Assembly: GCF_902459465.1 (NCBI RefSeq)
Contig: NC_047068.1
Span: 18,042,001 to 18,106,000 of the forward strand
DNA from: Asterias rubens
Lineage: Eukaryota
Direction: 5' to 3'
Length of the DNA stretch: 64,000 nucleotides
Below the pieces are notes generated by a model, which saw nothing but the letters and a program-made list of their open reading frames with translations, searched no databases and had not been told where the DNA came from. This document shows, piece after piece, positions 22,709-36,800 of this stretch; position 1 is the first letter of the stretch, and each line of letters starts with the position of its first letter. A program made the translations under genes and the position numbers.

Positions 22709-25700
22709 TTAAAAATGTTCTTCTATGGAATGGGTATGTGAATTTTTTGTGACTCTGTGTGGTAGCAGACTGGGGATAAAAATTGACATAAATATATTTT
22801 ATTAATAAAAAATAACAGTACTTCGAAGTGAAAATGTTCTCAAAATGCATTAAACTATATATCGAAAGCTGTTGTTCTTCTTACCTTGCCATTATTTTTC
22901 AGAGTCATTACTAAACGTATACAGACCATTAAAAACACGGGACACCTGTGGTAATATTGTCAAAGACCAGTCTTCTCACCTGGTGTAGCTCAACATTATG
23001 CCCAATAACAAAAACCTGTGAAAATTTTAACTCAGGTCGTCGAAGTTGCGAGATAATGGAAGAAAAGACACCTTTGTCACACAAAGTTGTGTGATTTCAG
23101 ATGCTTGATTTCGAAATCAGTTCAAATATTATGTTACTTAGAAATTCCTTGTTTCTCAAAAACTACGTTACTTCAGATGGAGCCGTTTCTCACAATGATT
23201 TATAACAGCTCTCCATTGCTCGTTACCAAGTAAGCTTTTATGCTAACAATTATTTTGAGTAATTACCAATAGTGTCCAGTGCTTTTAATAAGTCAGTATG
23301 CCCCTATAGGCCTGCCATTCTGAAACAATACTCTGCATAGCAACGTTAGATGACCCATAAGTCCACATGCCGTTCCTATTGACTCGAATGCAGACACATA
23401 ATATTGGATTGGTAAATATGGAATGAATCATGCATCACCGCACACAAAATAATATGAATTAAGTATATAATTTTCTCGGTGTTGGAAATAACATCTGTTT
23501 TAAATTAAACATCTGTTTTAAAATAAGATGGTCTTATGCATATTTCGAAATTGACAGTTTTCAATCTTTTAGGTGGGTCCATTATAATGTGTGATGCACA
23601 TACTGTGTGTTGTATTTCGTTGAAGCTGGCTTGTTCGTATATTTATGGCTGGACAATTTAGTTTAAAAAAAATCACGACAGCCTGGTTACATTTTCAATT
23701 AAAATATTGCCATGGCAATGGTTTTGTTCAATCTGGGAAAGTGTAGATTTGGTGTGCGATCCGTAATCTATAATCTGATATTCTTATCCACTTTGATACT
23801 TATCTGCATGATATACGATCTATCTGATCTGGGCCCAATTTCATAAAGCCTACAAGCACAAAAACCTGGTAAGCACGGGGAAATCTTGCTTAGCAAGAAC
23901 AGGTTAACAACCAACATTCAATGAAGTTTACATTGTTGCGACTGGTGCCCTGCTTAGCAAAGGCATTTTGTAACTAGTGTTTTCTGGAGCTTTATGAAAT
24001 TTGCCCCGATTTAATATAATATTCTGATCTACTGATCCGCTCTGATTATTATTTGATCCATCTGATCTGGATCTATCCTTATATATAAACATGAAGCGAT
24101 CATAAATTAACCTAAAAAAATACATTTGGGCAGGTGCCGGGTTCCGAGCCTGTTTCTGCCTTACACTAAAACTCAGGAACTTCTATACAAAGGTCAAATT
24201 TATATGAAGTCAAATATTGCTTTCACTGAGGCCTATGCGTGTATAGTGGATATCGAGTTACTCTTAATGCAGAAGACCTAATGGCGTCGGGGATCAATAG
24301 CTCATAACACAAAATGATGAGTTCTAGATGTGTAGTGTAGGGAAAACAGGCTTTTCTGTCATCACAAATTCATAGAGTCTTCTATAACGAAGACATCCCA
24401 AATGCAGATCGAAACGTCAACTTCTTAAAAATATTAAATTCTGCACACGCGCCCCTTATACCTACCATAGGTGCATCTTAGTTGCTTTTTAGTAAAAAGA
24501 ATTTTGTTTAGTAATTTAAACAAATCATTTATTTGTTTCTTCATGCATTGAACCCACCCCTATAAACCTCTTCACCCGCGCACCCAAACTTGTGAATAAT
24601 ATATAGATTTCATTTTAAAAAGCAACTTAAAAATGCACTTGCCCGTTAGAAATACTTCCATGTCCCAGAAAAATATATTGTTCCCCAACTTCTGACTTCT
24701 TATTTCGGTTTGCCTGTTCTCAACATGGGTAAACGGAGTTCTTCTTTTTCTTTTGGTGGGAAAGTGTATAGTTACAGCGTCTTTGTTGTTCACATTTTTT
24801 GGATACAGACAACTTTAATAAATTCATGAATTCGCTTTAGAAAAAAACACCTGCTATACCTTTAAATATAGTTGACGTATTATTTCTATGTAATTAAATC
24901 TAGTGTTCATGGCACAATACATAGCGTCAAAATTCACGCTCGGCTGCGATGTACTGCAGCGCTCTCATCAAAGCCCATTTCTTCATCTTCTTCGGTTGCC
25001 AAGAAAACAATATTAATTTCTGTAGCAATGTGTGCCCAGCTGCGTTGAAACACACCGTCCGGACTCCATGTAGGTTTCTAGTCCTCGGAACATATTCTCC
25101 GTATTTTATCATCTTTCACGATTAACGGGATGTATGTGCCGTGTCGCCACCCATCACTCCACGGGTAAGAACAGTCTTCATCCTCGGTGAATTTCTGTTT
25201 CTGGCTGTACACGCTCTCAATCCATGGAGATCTAAGAAGGCAGACTCTCTCACTAAAAATATATAATTTTAAGGTTCTTCTTACCTTTTAATTAATGGGG
25301 TTGCTGCTTGACTTCGGCTGCATTATCCGTCATTATCCAACACAGATGTTATGTCCAAAGGCTGTGGAGTTGATTTGTGTATTATTAAGTCATTGACTGA
25401 ACAACAAGTAGGCCGCAATATCAAGGTCTATGGTACACTTGTCAATGCACTGGCGTGAGAGAGCATTATGAGAAGAAGTAAACTTGTACTAGTCGGTTGT
25501 AAAGCCTGGTCCGTGGAATTGGTTCATCGTGTATCTTGAGCTGTAGTTATGCTCTAATAAAAATTTGAAGGTATCATTCACATTAGAAAAATAAGTCCTT
25601 GACATTGGTAGGAAATATTATGCCGAATTAACAGTGTGGACATTAATCCAGAATGTGAGAGATGCTCAAGGTACAGAGCCGACTTTTTTTACCTCTCTAT

Positions 25701-27013
25701 AAAGTTAAAGAAGAGGCGTCTGCCCAATATTGACGCAAAAAGGACAGCGGCAGAACATAATCAGGTGTCAAGAAAAATGTTGATTTGTTCTACTTGTGTT
25801 AGTCGCCATGGTTATACTGTCTGGGTGATTAGATCCTCACAGTGCTCTAGATTTACGCATCTACACTAGAAGAAACATGTATAACCGGTTGAGGAGCCAG
25901 GTTGCTTATTGCTTTTGCTCAAACCCTCTCTATCATGTTTTGTTTTGTTTTGCAAAAGCAGTTGAGCGGCTCAAACCTAATAGTTTCCAACATTTTTTTG
26001 AATGCAACACAATTAATTAAAAATTATTATTGTATCGTTACTTCCGTATATTATGCAAATAAACTATGACGTCATTAAAAACCACCTTAATTTCAAACGA
26101 GAGAATAAGCCCATCTTTTTATTCAAAATCAATTATACTTTCATTTCGTAGAGTATAACTGTAGGGCCTAGTTACTTTTCTAGTTACTTTTTTACTTTGC
26201 TACTTTTAAAGTATTATTGGTCACCTTTTTAAGAGTAACCTCATCTTTAGTAGAGTATAAACCTAGTCACTTTTCTGAGTGATCTAGCCATTTTTACCGA
26301 GAGTAACCTACAGTTACTTTTATGGAGCAAACACAAAAATAAAGAAGTTTAAAGCCATCTGCCTAAACAACGAAACAAAAAACAACACACATCCTATCTC
26401 TCTGTTGCTTACACTGTGGACATCCTGTAAAAAAAAGAGAGCTCAGTTTGAGAATGGTCTCCCTCCCCTAGCCCCGCCCACCCCCATAAATAAAAAACCT
26501 GTCCACATGGTATAGCGCCCTCAATTGATACCTTTGTGTTGATGTCATAATGTAGTGCAATATTTTGCACAACGTTTTGTACGAATAGGATCTTCAATGG
26601 TGAAGGTTTGTGTGGTACAAGTTCCCGATTATTTTCTGTTTTTGTGGCATTGAAAGAAGGGATCAGTTCGAGTTAAAAGAGGTGAGATTAAGGTTTGGTT
26701 ATATAACGTCATTTCTGAACCGTAATCCTTGCCCTTTTCATGAGATTATTGTAAGAAAACTCCGAAAATTATACTGATGATCTGAACATTTTTAATATTT
26801 ATTGTTGTGAATGTGATCATTCAATTCAATACAGAATTCATTGACAATGGGCAATGAGTAAATGACATTCCAGTTGACAAATGTAATCATTATATTTATA
26901 ACTTAGTGTAAACAGTAAACCTACCATGCTCTACGTTTAACCATTACACTTTCTAATTAAGTCAATGAGATTATTAATTTGGTTGGATAGCCCTGCGTGG
27001 TAGGACAAGTTCT

Positions 27014-27358
27014 GGGAAAAGTTTCCGTATGGCGCCACCACTTTTTCATTCGAAATAAAATAATATAGTATCTAATTTACCTGATTGATATATCCCTTTT
27101 TGTAAAAATGAGTGAAAAAGTGGTGGCGCCATACGGAAAGTTATCCAAGTTCTGTATCACTAAATCACTACATCATATCATAGAGTAAGGACTCCATCAA
27201 CAGCAGAGCACTGGACTCGAGCTCTAATGCCGGAAAAGTTTCCGTATGGCGCCACCACTTTTTCATTCGAAATAAAAAATATCTAATTTACCTGATTGAT
27301 ATATCCCTTTTTGTAAAAATGAGTGAAAAAGTGGTGGCGCCATACGGAAAGTTATCCC
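27014..27358. mobile_element. Two copies of a 130-bp GGAAAAGTTTCCGTATGGCGCCACC MITE
   Basis: Copies at 27014-27146 and 27232-27358, each with TIR TTCCGTATGGCGCCACCACTTTTT / AAAAAGTGGTGGCGCCATACGGAA; third copy at about 52924-53056. Confidence 0.85.
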
Positions 27359-27848
27359 TGCTGCCTCTGCCTGGTGTTTCTGATCAGCAGAGTGTGGTTT
27401 TGAGTCCTGGTCATGACACTGTGTCCTTAAGCAAGACACTTACATCTATTGCTTCATCCTTCGGATGGGACGTAAAGCTAAAGCTGTATATCTCATGTGT
27501 TGTAAATAAAATCCATAGAGTAAGGAACAATCATCGCACGTAAGAATACTCCAGCAGTAGGGAAGGGGTTCGCCCCGGTGTGTCTGGCAGCGCGTTTATC
27601 TTCAATTATGAAGGCTGCTCTAAAAAGGAAAAAGAAAGAAATTTTAAATTTCCTCATAGTCATAGAAGCGCCCTTTACGAGAGGAAAAATTGCTACATGC
27701 CCCTTTAGGACCTGGAGATGTGTATGTATACAATCGCGTTTTCTTTCTTACTTCTTCACTATTTTATTACATCAGGTGTGACTGATGGCTGATATTCAAC
27801 GTCGAGCTGTAGCAGGTGTTTGACACACCTTCAACACCAACCCTTAGA

Positions 27849-30800
27849 ATGGCTACTCCGATGTCAGCAGCCAAGAATGAGAATGGAGATCAGACACAGA
27901 GTACAGCTGCTGCTCCTGGACTTGCCCTCCCAGAAAATGGACAAGGTATGTTACTGTTTAACAAAATCTCAGAGCAGAACTGGGCCCGATTTCATAAAGC
28001 CTGTAAGCACAGAAACTTCTAAGCAGAGAAAAGTATTGCTTAGAAGCACGATATTCACCTCAACCCTTGCAGCCAAAAGATGTCAGAAAAGTAAAGTAAA
28101 CTTTGTTCAGAGTTGTAACTGGAACAATAAAAAAGGGTGTAGTAATTTACATGTGTGAATTTTTGTTCATGCTTTCTTTGTTAACTGTTTAATTCCACAG
28201 CCTTCAAAGTTAGATCTCAGATAAATTACTGTTTCAAATATAAATGTGTTTTTTTTTCTTTTCCAGAAACTACAGATGTGCTACCACCAACTACAACCTC
28301 AGATATTCCACAAACTGACACCCAATCATCAGGCGTAGATCCATCAACGCCGTCTGCAAGCGCCTGTCTGAAAAACCTAGCAGGTAACATCGATCAAAAT
28401 GGGGCCTCGACCAGCAGCAAAGACGAGGCGTCGACCAGTACAGGGGGCGTGTTCTCAATCAACAGGGACCTCATCCCGTCAGTGCCGAACCAGATGCAGG
28501 CCACTGAGCTCCAGGGTCTTGAAGGAGTCAGTGTCTTCGATCAGGAGGAGTTTGAGAAGGGGGTCTTAGAGCAGGTTGATCAGGCCATCTCGGCCAGGCA
28601 GCAAGTTGTGGACCGTGAGAGGGCTGAGAAGGACCTGAATGCTGTCCTGGTTGACATAAGGTAAGATCATAACAGATTGCTTAAACATTTTTTGCTCAGC
28701 AAAAAGAAGCAGAGTCAATGTCACGCTGATTTATCAGCTAAAGTATCGAGAAAGACACAATAAAGGTGTCCTCTTGTTGAGAAAACAGCAAAAAACTGCA
28801 ACTGGATTTTTACTAGAACATCAAATCAATCCACATTTAGTGAAGTGATAGTAGGTACCAACCACATCTCTATGTATGCAGCATTTGCTAATCCTCAGAT
28901 ATCTGGGAAATGATTATGCATGAATCAAAATTAGTTGGGCAAAAGTTTATCCAAACCATTTTTACTAAGAATATTTCTCAAAAAAGTAAATACTATCAAC
29001 GGCTCCAGTGCGTCTCACCTAGTAAGTTTGTATGGTCAATAACTTTTTGAGTATTGACCCCACCTTTAAGTGAGGTTAATAGTTTGGTAATGTTTACTGT
29101 TTTCATTTGTCTTTCTGGTTATTTTCTTTGTGTCACAGGTCATGCAAGAAGGATCTAGGACATATTACTAAAGTGATGTCCAACATGAACAGTAAGACGA
29201 TTCCATTAACATTTGCTCAGAAGGAAGTTCAGAGGAATCTCATCTCCATGCGCACAAAGAGAGACAACAAGGTAATTTCCTTTAACTACTTTGATTAGGT
29301 AATACAAAAGCGTTGAATGACATCGCATCACATTTCAAATAAATTTTACGTTCTTGTAGCACAATATTTTTGTTACTTTCCTGAATTTTGAAAATATTCA
29401 ATCAACACGACATTGAATTTGACCTTTAGACTGTCTGAAACATTTCTTTTTTGGAATGTACTAAGTTCAAGTTAGATACATTGTTAAATTTTTGAGAAAA
29501 CAGCAACAAAACTGTCATGGTATTTCCACAAGAATGTCAAATCCGTCCACGTTTAAGTGAGGTGACAGCCGGTGAACAGACACCAATTCTGAATCTTAGA
29601 ACTGATTCATGCATTTGTGTTCGACGCTCGATGAAGTCAGGCTTCAAATTTTGCAATGAAGGAGTATCAACTAATATGGCATTTTACACCATTTTAACGT
29701 GAGGTTAGAGACTTTCATGAGGACTCTACTAAGAGGATCTGTTAGAAAATGAGTCCATCACAAAACTGAATTAAATGTTGGAGCCCCTCTTTAACTAGAC
29801 AGACATATTTATGCTACTTCAATGCTTACCTTGTTTTAGGCCAAACAACTCAAGACTCTCCGTGCTCGACAGCGATCTCTACTTACCAAGTTGAGCGGAT
29901 CTGATGTCAATCTACAGGTTTCAGATGATGAGGAAGGTAAGCAAAGCAAAAACAAAATCTTACGTGATGAAAAGTCTTGAAGAACCGGAATTCAATGCTC
30001 AGCCATGACACCCATGTGGATGATATTGAAGGGTCAGACAGTAGGAGGGTTAACTATGTACTGTGTAGATGCACTCACCACATGATACCATATTGCAAGC
30101 TGGAGTTCATGTGTCATTTAAAACCATTTGGATGATTGAAGAGTCAGACAGTAGGAGCGTTGACTTTGTGCTGTGCCTGCAGTGCCTTGGAAGTGGCTTA
30201 GGCTTCACTTTCCAGAAGCCACGTTTTCAAAAAGAACTGATTTCAAACCCACCAACCAAGCCTGAACCCGGCGGAAGTGGAAGCTTTGGTTAAAAAAAAC
30301 TAATTTGTCTTTGTTTATGTTTACAGAAGGTCAAGATCAAAACGTTCAGACGTACCAACAGCTTTTATGTCGCAGCCCAACCTCAGAGGGAATCCCAACA
30401 CAACCTGCAAAAGAGACAGAACAAGAACGTCTTATACGCCTCGGAGAAATGACACCCTTTGGCTCAATGGTACAGTCCAAAGCATCAACGAGTAAAAAAA
30501 ACCTCCACCCACAACCCATGACAGACTTTGAGAAGTACATGACACAAAAAACACAAGATGACATGACACGTCGAAAGAAAGTCACCCCTCGTAAACCGAC
30601 TCCCATGAAATCAAAATCCGAACCCATCAAAACCCAAAGTTCACAACCTACTCATAAAATAGCACCAGTCCAACAGGACGTCAAACAGAAGCAAAAAGAA
30701 CTCTCGAAAAAACTGAAGCAGAAATCGACGAAAAAGCCTACCAAGGAAACCAAAAAGAAAACAACTGACTCATCGGATGATGAGACATACTTTGTTTACA

Positions 30801-33800
30801 AACCAGTGAGGAGTGAGACTTCAGCGAGTTTTCCAAAGTCTCGCAAGAGGACGAAGAAGACACAAGATCTGAAACCCCATTGGGGGAGTGATGCTGAGTT
30901 GAGTGACTGGGACAACGATGGGAATAACAGTGAGCAGAGTGATGAGGATTATACACCGGGGTTCAACGACCTATCAGATGAAGGTGAGATTCATTTTCTC
31001 TTTTTCGTTGATCAATACAACAAAGTTGGATTTAGATTAATCTCAGCGGGGCATTGGTGTGTTTGTCAGTACACCATTGTAGTCTGTCATATTTTTAATC
31101 AGCAGAGTGTGGGTTTGAGTCCCATTTGTGAGTCCCTGCAAGACACTTTACCATTATTGCTCAGCCCTATGGGTCATAAAGCTGCTGGTCCTGTGTGTTG
31201 CACGTAAAAGAGAAGGGTTTTGCCCCCGTGTGTCTGGCAATGGCTGTTGAATGCGTCGCAGCACCTTGTAAAATAAGGTGGTACATAAATGGATCTCATA
31301 ATAAACAAAATTTAAAAACCTGTCTTAGAATATTCCTGTCTGTTCAAGTGCCTTGAGTACCTAATCCGTAGATACACGTGCTATTAAAATATTACTATTA
31401 TACCTTTAGATGAGGAGCGTTTCACACCAAAGAAAAAATCCAAGAAGAGAGGTCGCAAGGAAAGCATCTCAACCGAAGACTTTGAAGATGGTACCATAGC
31501 ATGTCTGGATGACCTTAAGAAGTCATATGGGGTCAAAGTTCAACGTTCAAAAAGCGGTCACAGGAAGTTCAAATGCAAGGATGATGCTACACAGGATCTG
31601 TATTTTCGTAGATTGAAGTAAGTCTTAGAAAAGGAGCGGGACCCCAGTCTCTACTTTATTGACCGATAAGCATGTCTTTAGATGAGCGATCATGTGAACT
31701 GGTACAGTTAACCGGATAACTGTTTAACTGGTTTACTGTTTAACCAGTAAACGGTTTAACCAGTGTTAGCAATTTAAACTGCTTAACTGGTTAACTGGTT
31801 AACTGTTAAACTGTTTAACCGTAAAAAGGCCTGAAATTAAATGGCGGCCACGGATGTCAATGTCCTCCATTGGGGGGTTATTATATCCATTTCCTTGGCA
31901 ATAAACGACTGAGAATAATTCTGTTCCCCCTGGACACGATGCCAGTCCATCGCAGGAAACTCTCCTGCTCTTGCAGGGGTCACCATTTTAAGTAAAGAGA
32001 AGCAATTATGATACAGTTCAAGGACACAAGTGTCTCGGCTAACCAGGCCAGGATTCGACCCACATTCTGTTAAGTACAGAACTTGAGTCCATCGCCCTAG
32101 ACCGCTCGGACACAACACTCTGATATATAAATCTCACGATTTCAACATTCTCTCAAACCCATCTCTTCAGATTAGCCTATAAAAAAATCGGATGAAGTTT
32201 TCTTCTTGCTCTTGACCAGCGCCTTTGAATGTTTTACCGAAAAAAGTGCGCTTTAAAAATGCTGTGTTATTACTATTATAATTACAAATGTCCAATCATT
32301 TTTAATTTACTTTGGTGGTACTTTGTGTCTTTGCAGAGAGAACCGTAGGTCCGAGTTGGTGAAGAAGCAGCGGATGATTGAGAGAGGGGAGGTGGATAGT
32401 GACTCAGAGCCTGAGGAAATGCAGTTTGAGGGTGGGCTCATCATACCAGGCAAAATATGGTGCAATCTTTACAAGTAAGCAGATGCTTTAAATGTACGGG
32501 ATCGATTTCACAAAGACTCTTCTTATCTCGAGTGAGGACAAGTAACTCTTCCTAACTTAGGATTAATCTTAAGGTCTGCATACTACAGTGCAGGGTTGGG
32601 ACTCGTCCTAAGTCCTAAGATTAGTCTTAAGTTAGGAAGAGATCAACGGCAGATCGTTCAACAAAATCTTTCTCCTGAAGATATTCAGAGCATACTAATC
32701 GAAAGGTTGACTCATCAACCACTGGCAGCTGACTCAAGCTCTGGTGTCTCTGATCAGCAGAGTGCTGTGTCCCTGAGCAAGATCACCTACCATAACTGCT
32801 TTGTCCTTCCGATGGGTCATAAAGCCATAGGTCCCATAGGATTGTTAGTGCACATAAAAGAACCCAGAACACGTAACAAGGAAGAGTATGGGTGAAGAGA
32901 AACAATTATAGTAAAGCATCTTGCTCAAGGATACAAGTATAATGGCCAGGTTTCTAACCCACACCTTGATGACTTAACCACCACAACTTGAATTCAATGC
33001 TCTAAACCGCTTGGCCGTGACACCCTATATCTTCAAGATTTATTTAGAAAGCTTGAAATTTTGTAAATAAAACCGTTATTGTTTTTTTCCTTGGGTTGCA
33101 GGTATCAGAAGGTTGGAGTGAAGTGGTTGTGGGAGCTCCATCAGCAGCAGGCTGGGGGCATCATTGGAGATGAGATGGGTCTTGGGAAGACCATTCAGAT
33201 GATTGCATTCTTAGCTGGACTCAGAGGGAGCAAGCTACGCAATCCTGGTTCCAGGTAAGCTAGAAATCTAGCCCGCAAGTATGCTTACCAGAATACGATT
33301 GCCAGCTAAAATACCGTTGACATGTTCAAAATTTAATTGATATCCTGCTTAGTTTTGCTTATCAGAATTAAGCAACATTTTCTGCTTAAGCAGCTCTATG
33401 AAATCAACCCCTGGCCAGGGAACTTGGTAAGATTTGGTGAGTGAAAGTGAAAGTAGTCCCTGTGATGGTTGGAGCACTTGGCACCATTCATAAAGCACTA
33501 GGGAACCATTTAGATGAAGTAGTACAACTTTTGTTGTAGATCTGTTACATAAGGCGGTGCTTCTGGAAACAGCGGGAACCCTGAGAAAGACCCTTGAGAT
33601 CGACTGGACCGACTCCAGGAGTTACCAGCACAAAGGATTAGTTTTAGATGTGGGGTAAAACCAACCCAGAGAATGATTCCATGGAAAACCAACACAGTCA
33701 GGTAGGGACTAAAAACCCAATCTACATAGTGTCCCTGGTGGGATTCGAACCAGGGTCCTAGAAATGGAAGGCGAGGAAAGAAACCACTACACCAACCCAA

Positions 33801-36800
33801 CCAACCTAAACATACCACTTATACTTGTCTTGTTTGTAGATACATTGGTCTTGGCCCGGTGCTCATTGTATGTCCAGCTACAGTCATGCATCAATGGGTC
33901 AAGGAGTTCCATAAGTGGTACCCAGAGATGAGGGTAGCCATCTTACATGACTCCGGATCACACACTGGATCAAAGGTAAGATATATGTTCTTTTTTCTAT
34001 ATGCATTACACAACAGCCTTATTCCACATACTGCATCTGTTTGGAACTCCTTGTCTGGTGCATGTTGCCTCCATTTCACAATCTAGACTGTTTTAAGAGG
34101 ATTATCTACCTTTAGCTCATTCTCATTTTAATATTTTATTCTTGCAGCCCCTTTACAAAGAGAAGCCTTTTTTAGCCTTTAGGGAACTTGCATTAAAAAA
34201 TTTAATCACTTACTTTTTGGGCTAGACAAAATGTCAAACTCAATGCCTTTTTGATTAAATATCATCAAAATTCAGGATTGAAAAATGATCCTCTGTGCAA
34301 AAATGTATAGACAATATATTTAAAAGATGACGTCATGAAACAATTTTGGGGTTAAAAAAAAAATGTACTTGAAGGGTATCAAACATAATGACATTTAAAC
34401 GTGAGGTTTAAAGTGGACTTTTACAGTGGTTTTCTCACTTTGATAAGGACTCTATTTGAAAATGAGTGCATCACAAAACTGAATTTGAGCCCTTCTTTAA
34501 TTTGATCGATTACTTTCTGTTGTTTGTCTGCAGAGGGCGCTAATCCATGACATAGCACTCTGCCATGGAACTCTAGTTACGTCTTATTCAGCTGTGCGTA
34601 TTCAAGAGAAGCTCCTACTACAGCATACATGGCATTATATAGTCCTGGATGAAGGACATAAGATCCGTAATCCTGATGCTGCCGTCACTCAAGCTTGTAA
34701 ACAGGTAAGGCCTTAGAGCAACAAATTCAAACTCTGGTGTTTCTGATCAGCAGAGTGTGTGTTCCATTTCCCAGCCGTGACACTGGTGTCCTTAAGCAAG
34801 ACACTTCACCATTGTTTAGTCCTTAGGATGGGATGTTAAGCCGTTGGTCCAATGTGTTATGTAATGCATGTAAAAGAACCCAGTGCACTTATCGAAAAGA
34901 GAAGGGGTTCGCCCCGGTGTTCCTGGTCTGATCGGCAGCAAATTACGCCACAGCACCTTGTAAAACATTACATGGTGCTATCAGAATTAGGTCTCATAAT
35001 TCAAACATAGTCCCACATCTGGCAGGAAATACTGTATGTTACACTGGGTGACGGACATGTGCGCTATATAAGAAGCCACAATTATCATAATTATTTCAAA
35101 ATAACCATCTCAATGGGCTTTACATGAGTGGCCTGGTCGTAGAGCCAATAACATTCCTGTCATCTTTCTCAGCTCCCTGAGTGGTGAGTATATACAACCT
35201 GGGCAACCGTAGTGCTCCAAAGGCTTTTTCATACAAAATATCAACCTCTACCCTCGTGAAGAGAACCTCTACACCTGGGTGAAGAGAAGCAATTATAGTA
35301 AAGTATCTTGCTCAAGGAAACAAGTGCCATGACTGGGATTCAAACCCACACTCTGATGAACCACCAGAACTTGAATTCAATGCTCTTCACCACTCGGCCT
35401 CGACATGGTTAAGTGTATTGTCTTGTGCTTACAGGCTATATGAAGTTTGGCCCAGAAATTGAGTCTGGTGCATCAGACCACTCAGCCACATTTAAATTCC
35501 TAAACCCTTTTCTCCAACAGTTTCGTACATGTCATCGGCTGATCCTGTCTGGTTCCCCGATGCAGAATAATCTACGTGAGCTTTGGTCTCTGATTGACTT
35601 TGTCTTCCCAGGCAAACTGGGGACACTCCCAGTCTTCATGGAGAAGTTCTCTGTTCCCATTACGATAGGAGGCTACTCAAATGCTACTCAAGTACAGGTA
35701 TTTAGTACATTTCATTTCATTTATTCTGGTTGTGAAGCCAACTAAATCGTTATAGACCTTTATCAAGTTGTCGCCATCTTGGTCATGTTTCCTGTTTCCA
35801 TAACAGTAATGAATGCTAACATTAATTGCGCAAACATGGCACCAGACTATTATTTCAGCCTCAGTTTGGTTGCAATGGGTTTGAATGGAGTAAAATTAAG
35901 ATGGCTACACCGTGATCAAGGTCTGTACTAGCCGAGCACCCAATCGAGAGAAGACAAGGAAGGAAGTGTCTGTTGTATCAGCATTACAGCAGTGTCGCTT
36001 TGAAGACCTGATAGCAGCAAACAAAAAGGCTGTGAGATGTGCCCAATCTTAGTCAAAAAATTGAATAGTATATAATGGAATCCAAAGAAGATCAGCATTA
36101 GCAGTTTTACTAATGCACCAATGCAGAAATATTTCATAATTATCTCAATTTCTTAAGTGACTGCTGGTAGTTAACACTAAGTCAAGGTATTTTTTATTTC
36201 ACTGTTTGCTCCAAAGTGCAATCAATCAATCAATCAGTCAATTAAAGGTCATTTGTAGAGCGCCAAAATCAAGAGTTTGTTCTAAGGCGCTGAGGCACAG
36301 TGCAATGCCCTGGGGGAGTCAAGGTCATTGATATCCTAGACTAGACCATTTCACATATCTGTATTGTCTTTCAAACACAGGTTCAGACAGCCTACAAGTG
36401 TGCCTCGGTGCTCCGTGACACCATCAACCCATACCTCTTGAGACGACTCAAGGCAGACGTCAAGCAAAACCTGAATCTCCCTAGTAAGAGTGAGCAGGTC
36501 CTATTCTGTCGTCTCTCTGAGGAGCAGATTCAGATCTACAAGGATTACCTCAACTCCAAGGAATGTCAGCTGATTCTGAACAGGGAATATCAGGTAAAAG
36601 TATTGTTTTTTAATTTTGGTGTTGTGTGTGTTTGTGTACTTGTTGGTGTGCCACGGTCTGTTTTATGTGGGCTTAGGTGTACTATTTTTGTCTATTGATA
36701 ATAATGTTTTTATCAATTTTATGAAACTGTAATTTTCAACTTTATATATATTTATATTTATATATAGTTTTAAATGATACCTGTAAGTGGCGGCTATCCG

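Noticed and set aside
25351-25458. TEN1/RPA3-like OB-fold start (MSKGCGVDLCIIKSLTEQQVGRNIKVYGTL)
   Set aside because: Stops after 35 codons, has no good donor, and no downstream exon continues an OB fold.
31618-32336. piggyBac/PGBD3-like insertion in the ERCC6 intron equivalent to human intron 5
   Set aside because: The intron is only 719 nt and holds a TTAA-rich low-complexity tract and a SINE fragment; no transposase ORF or piggyBac TIRs.
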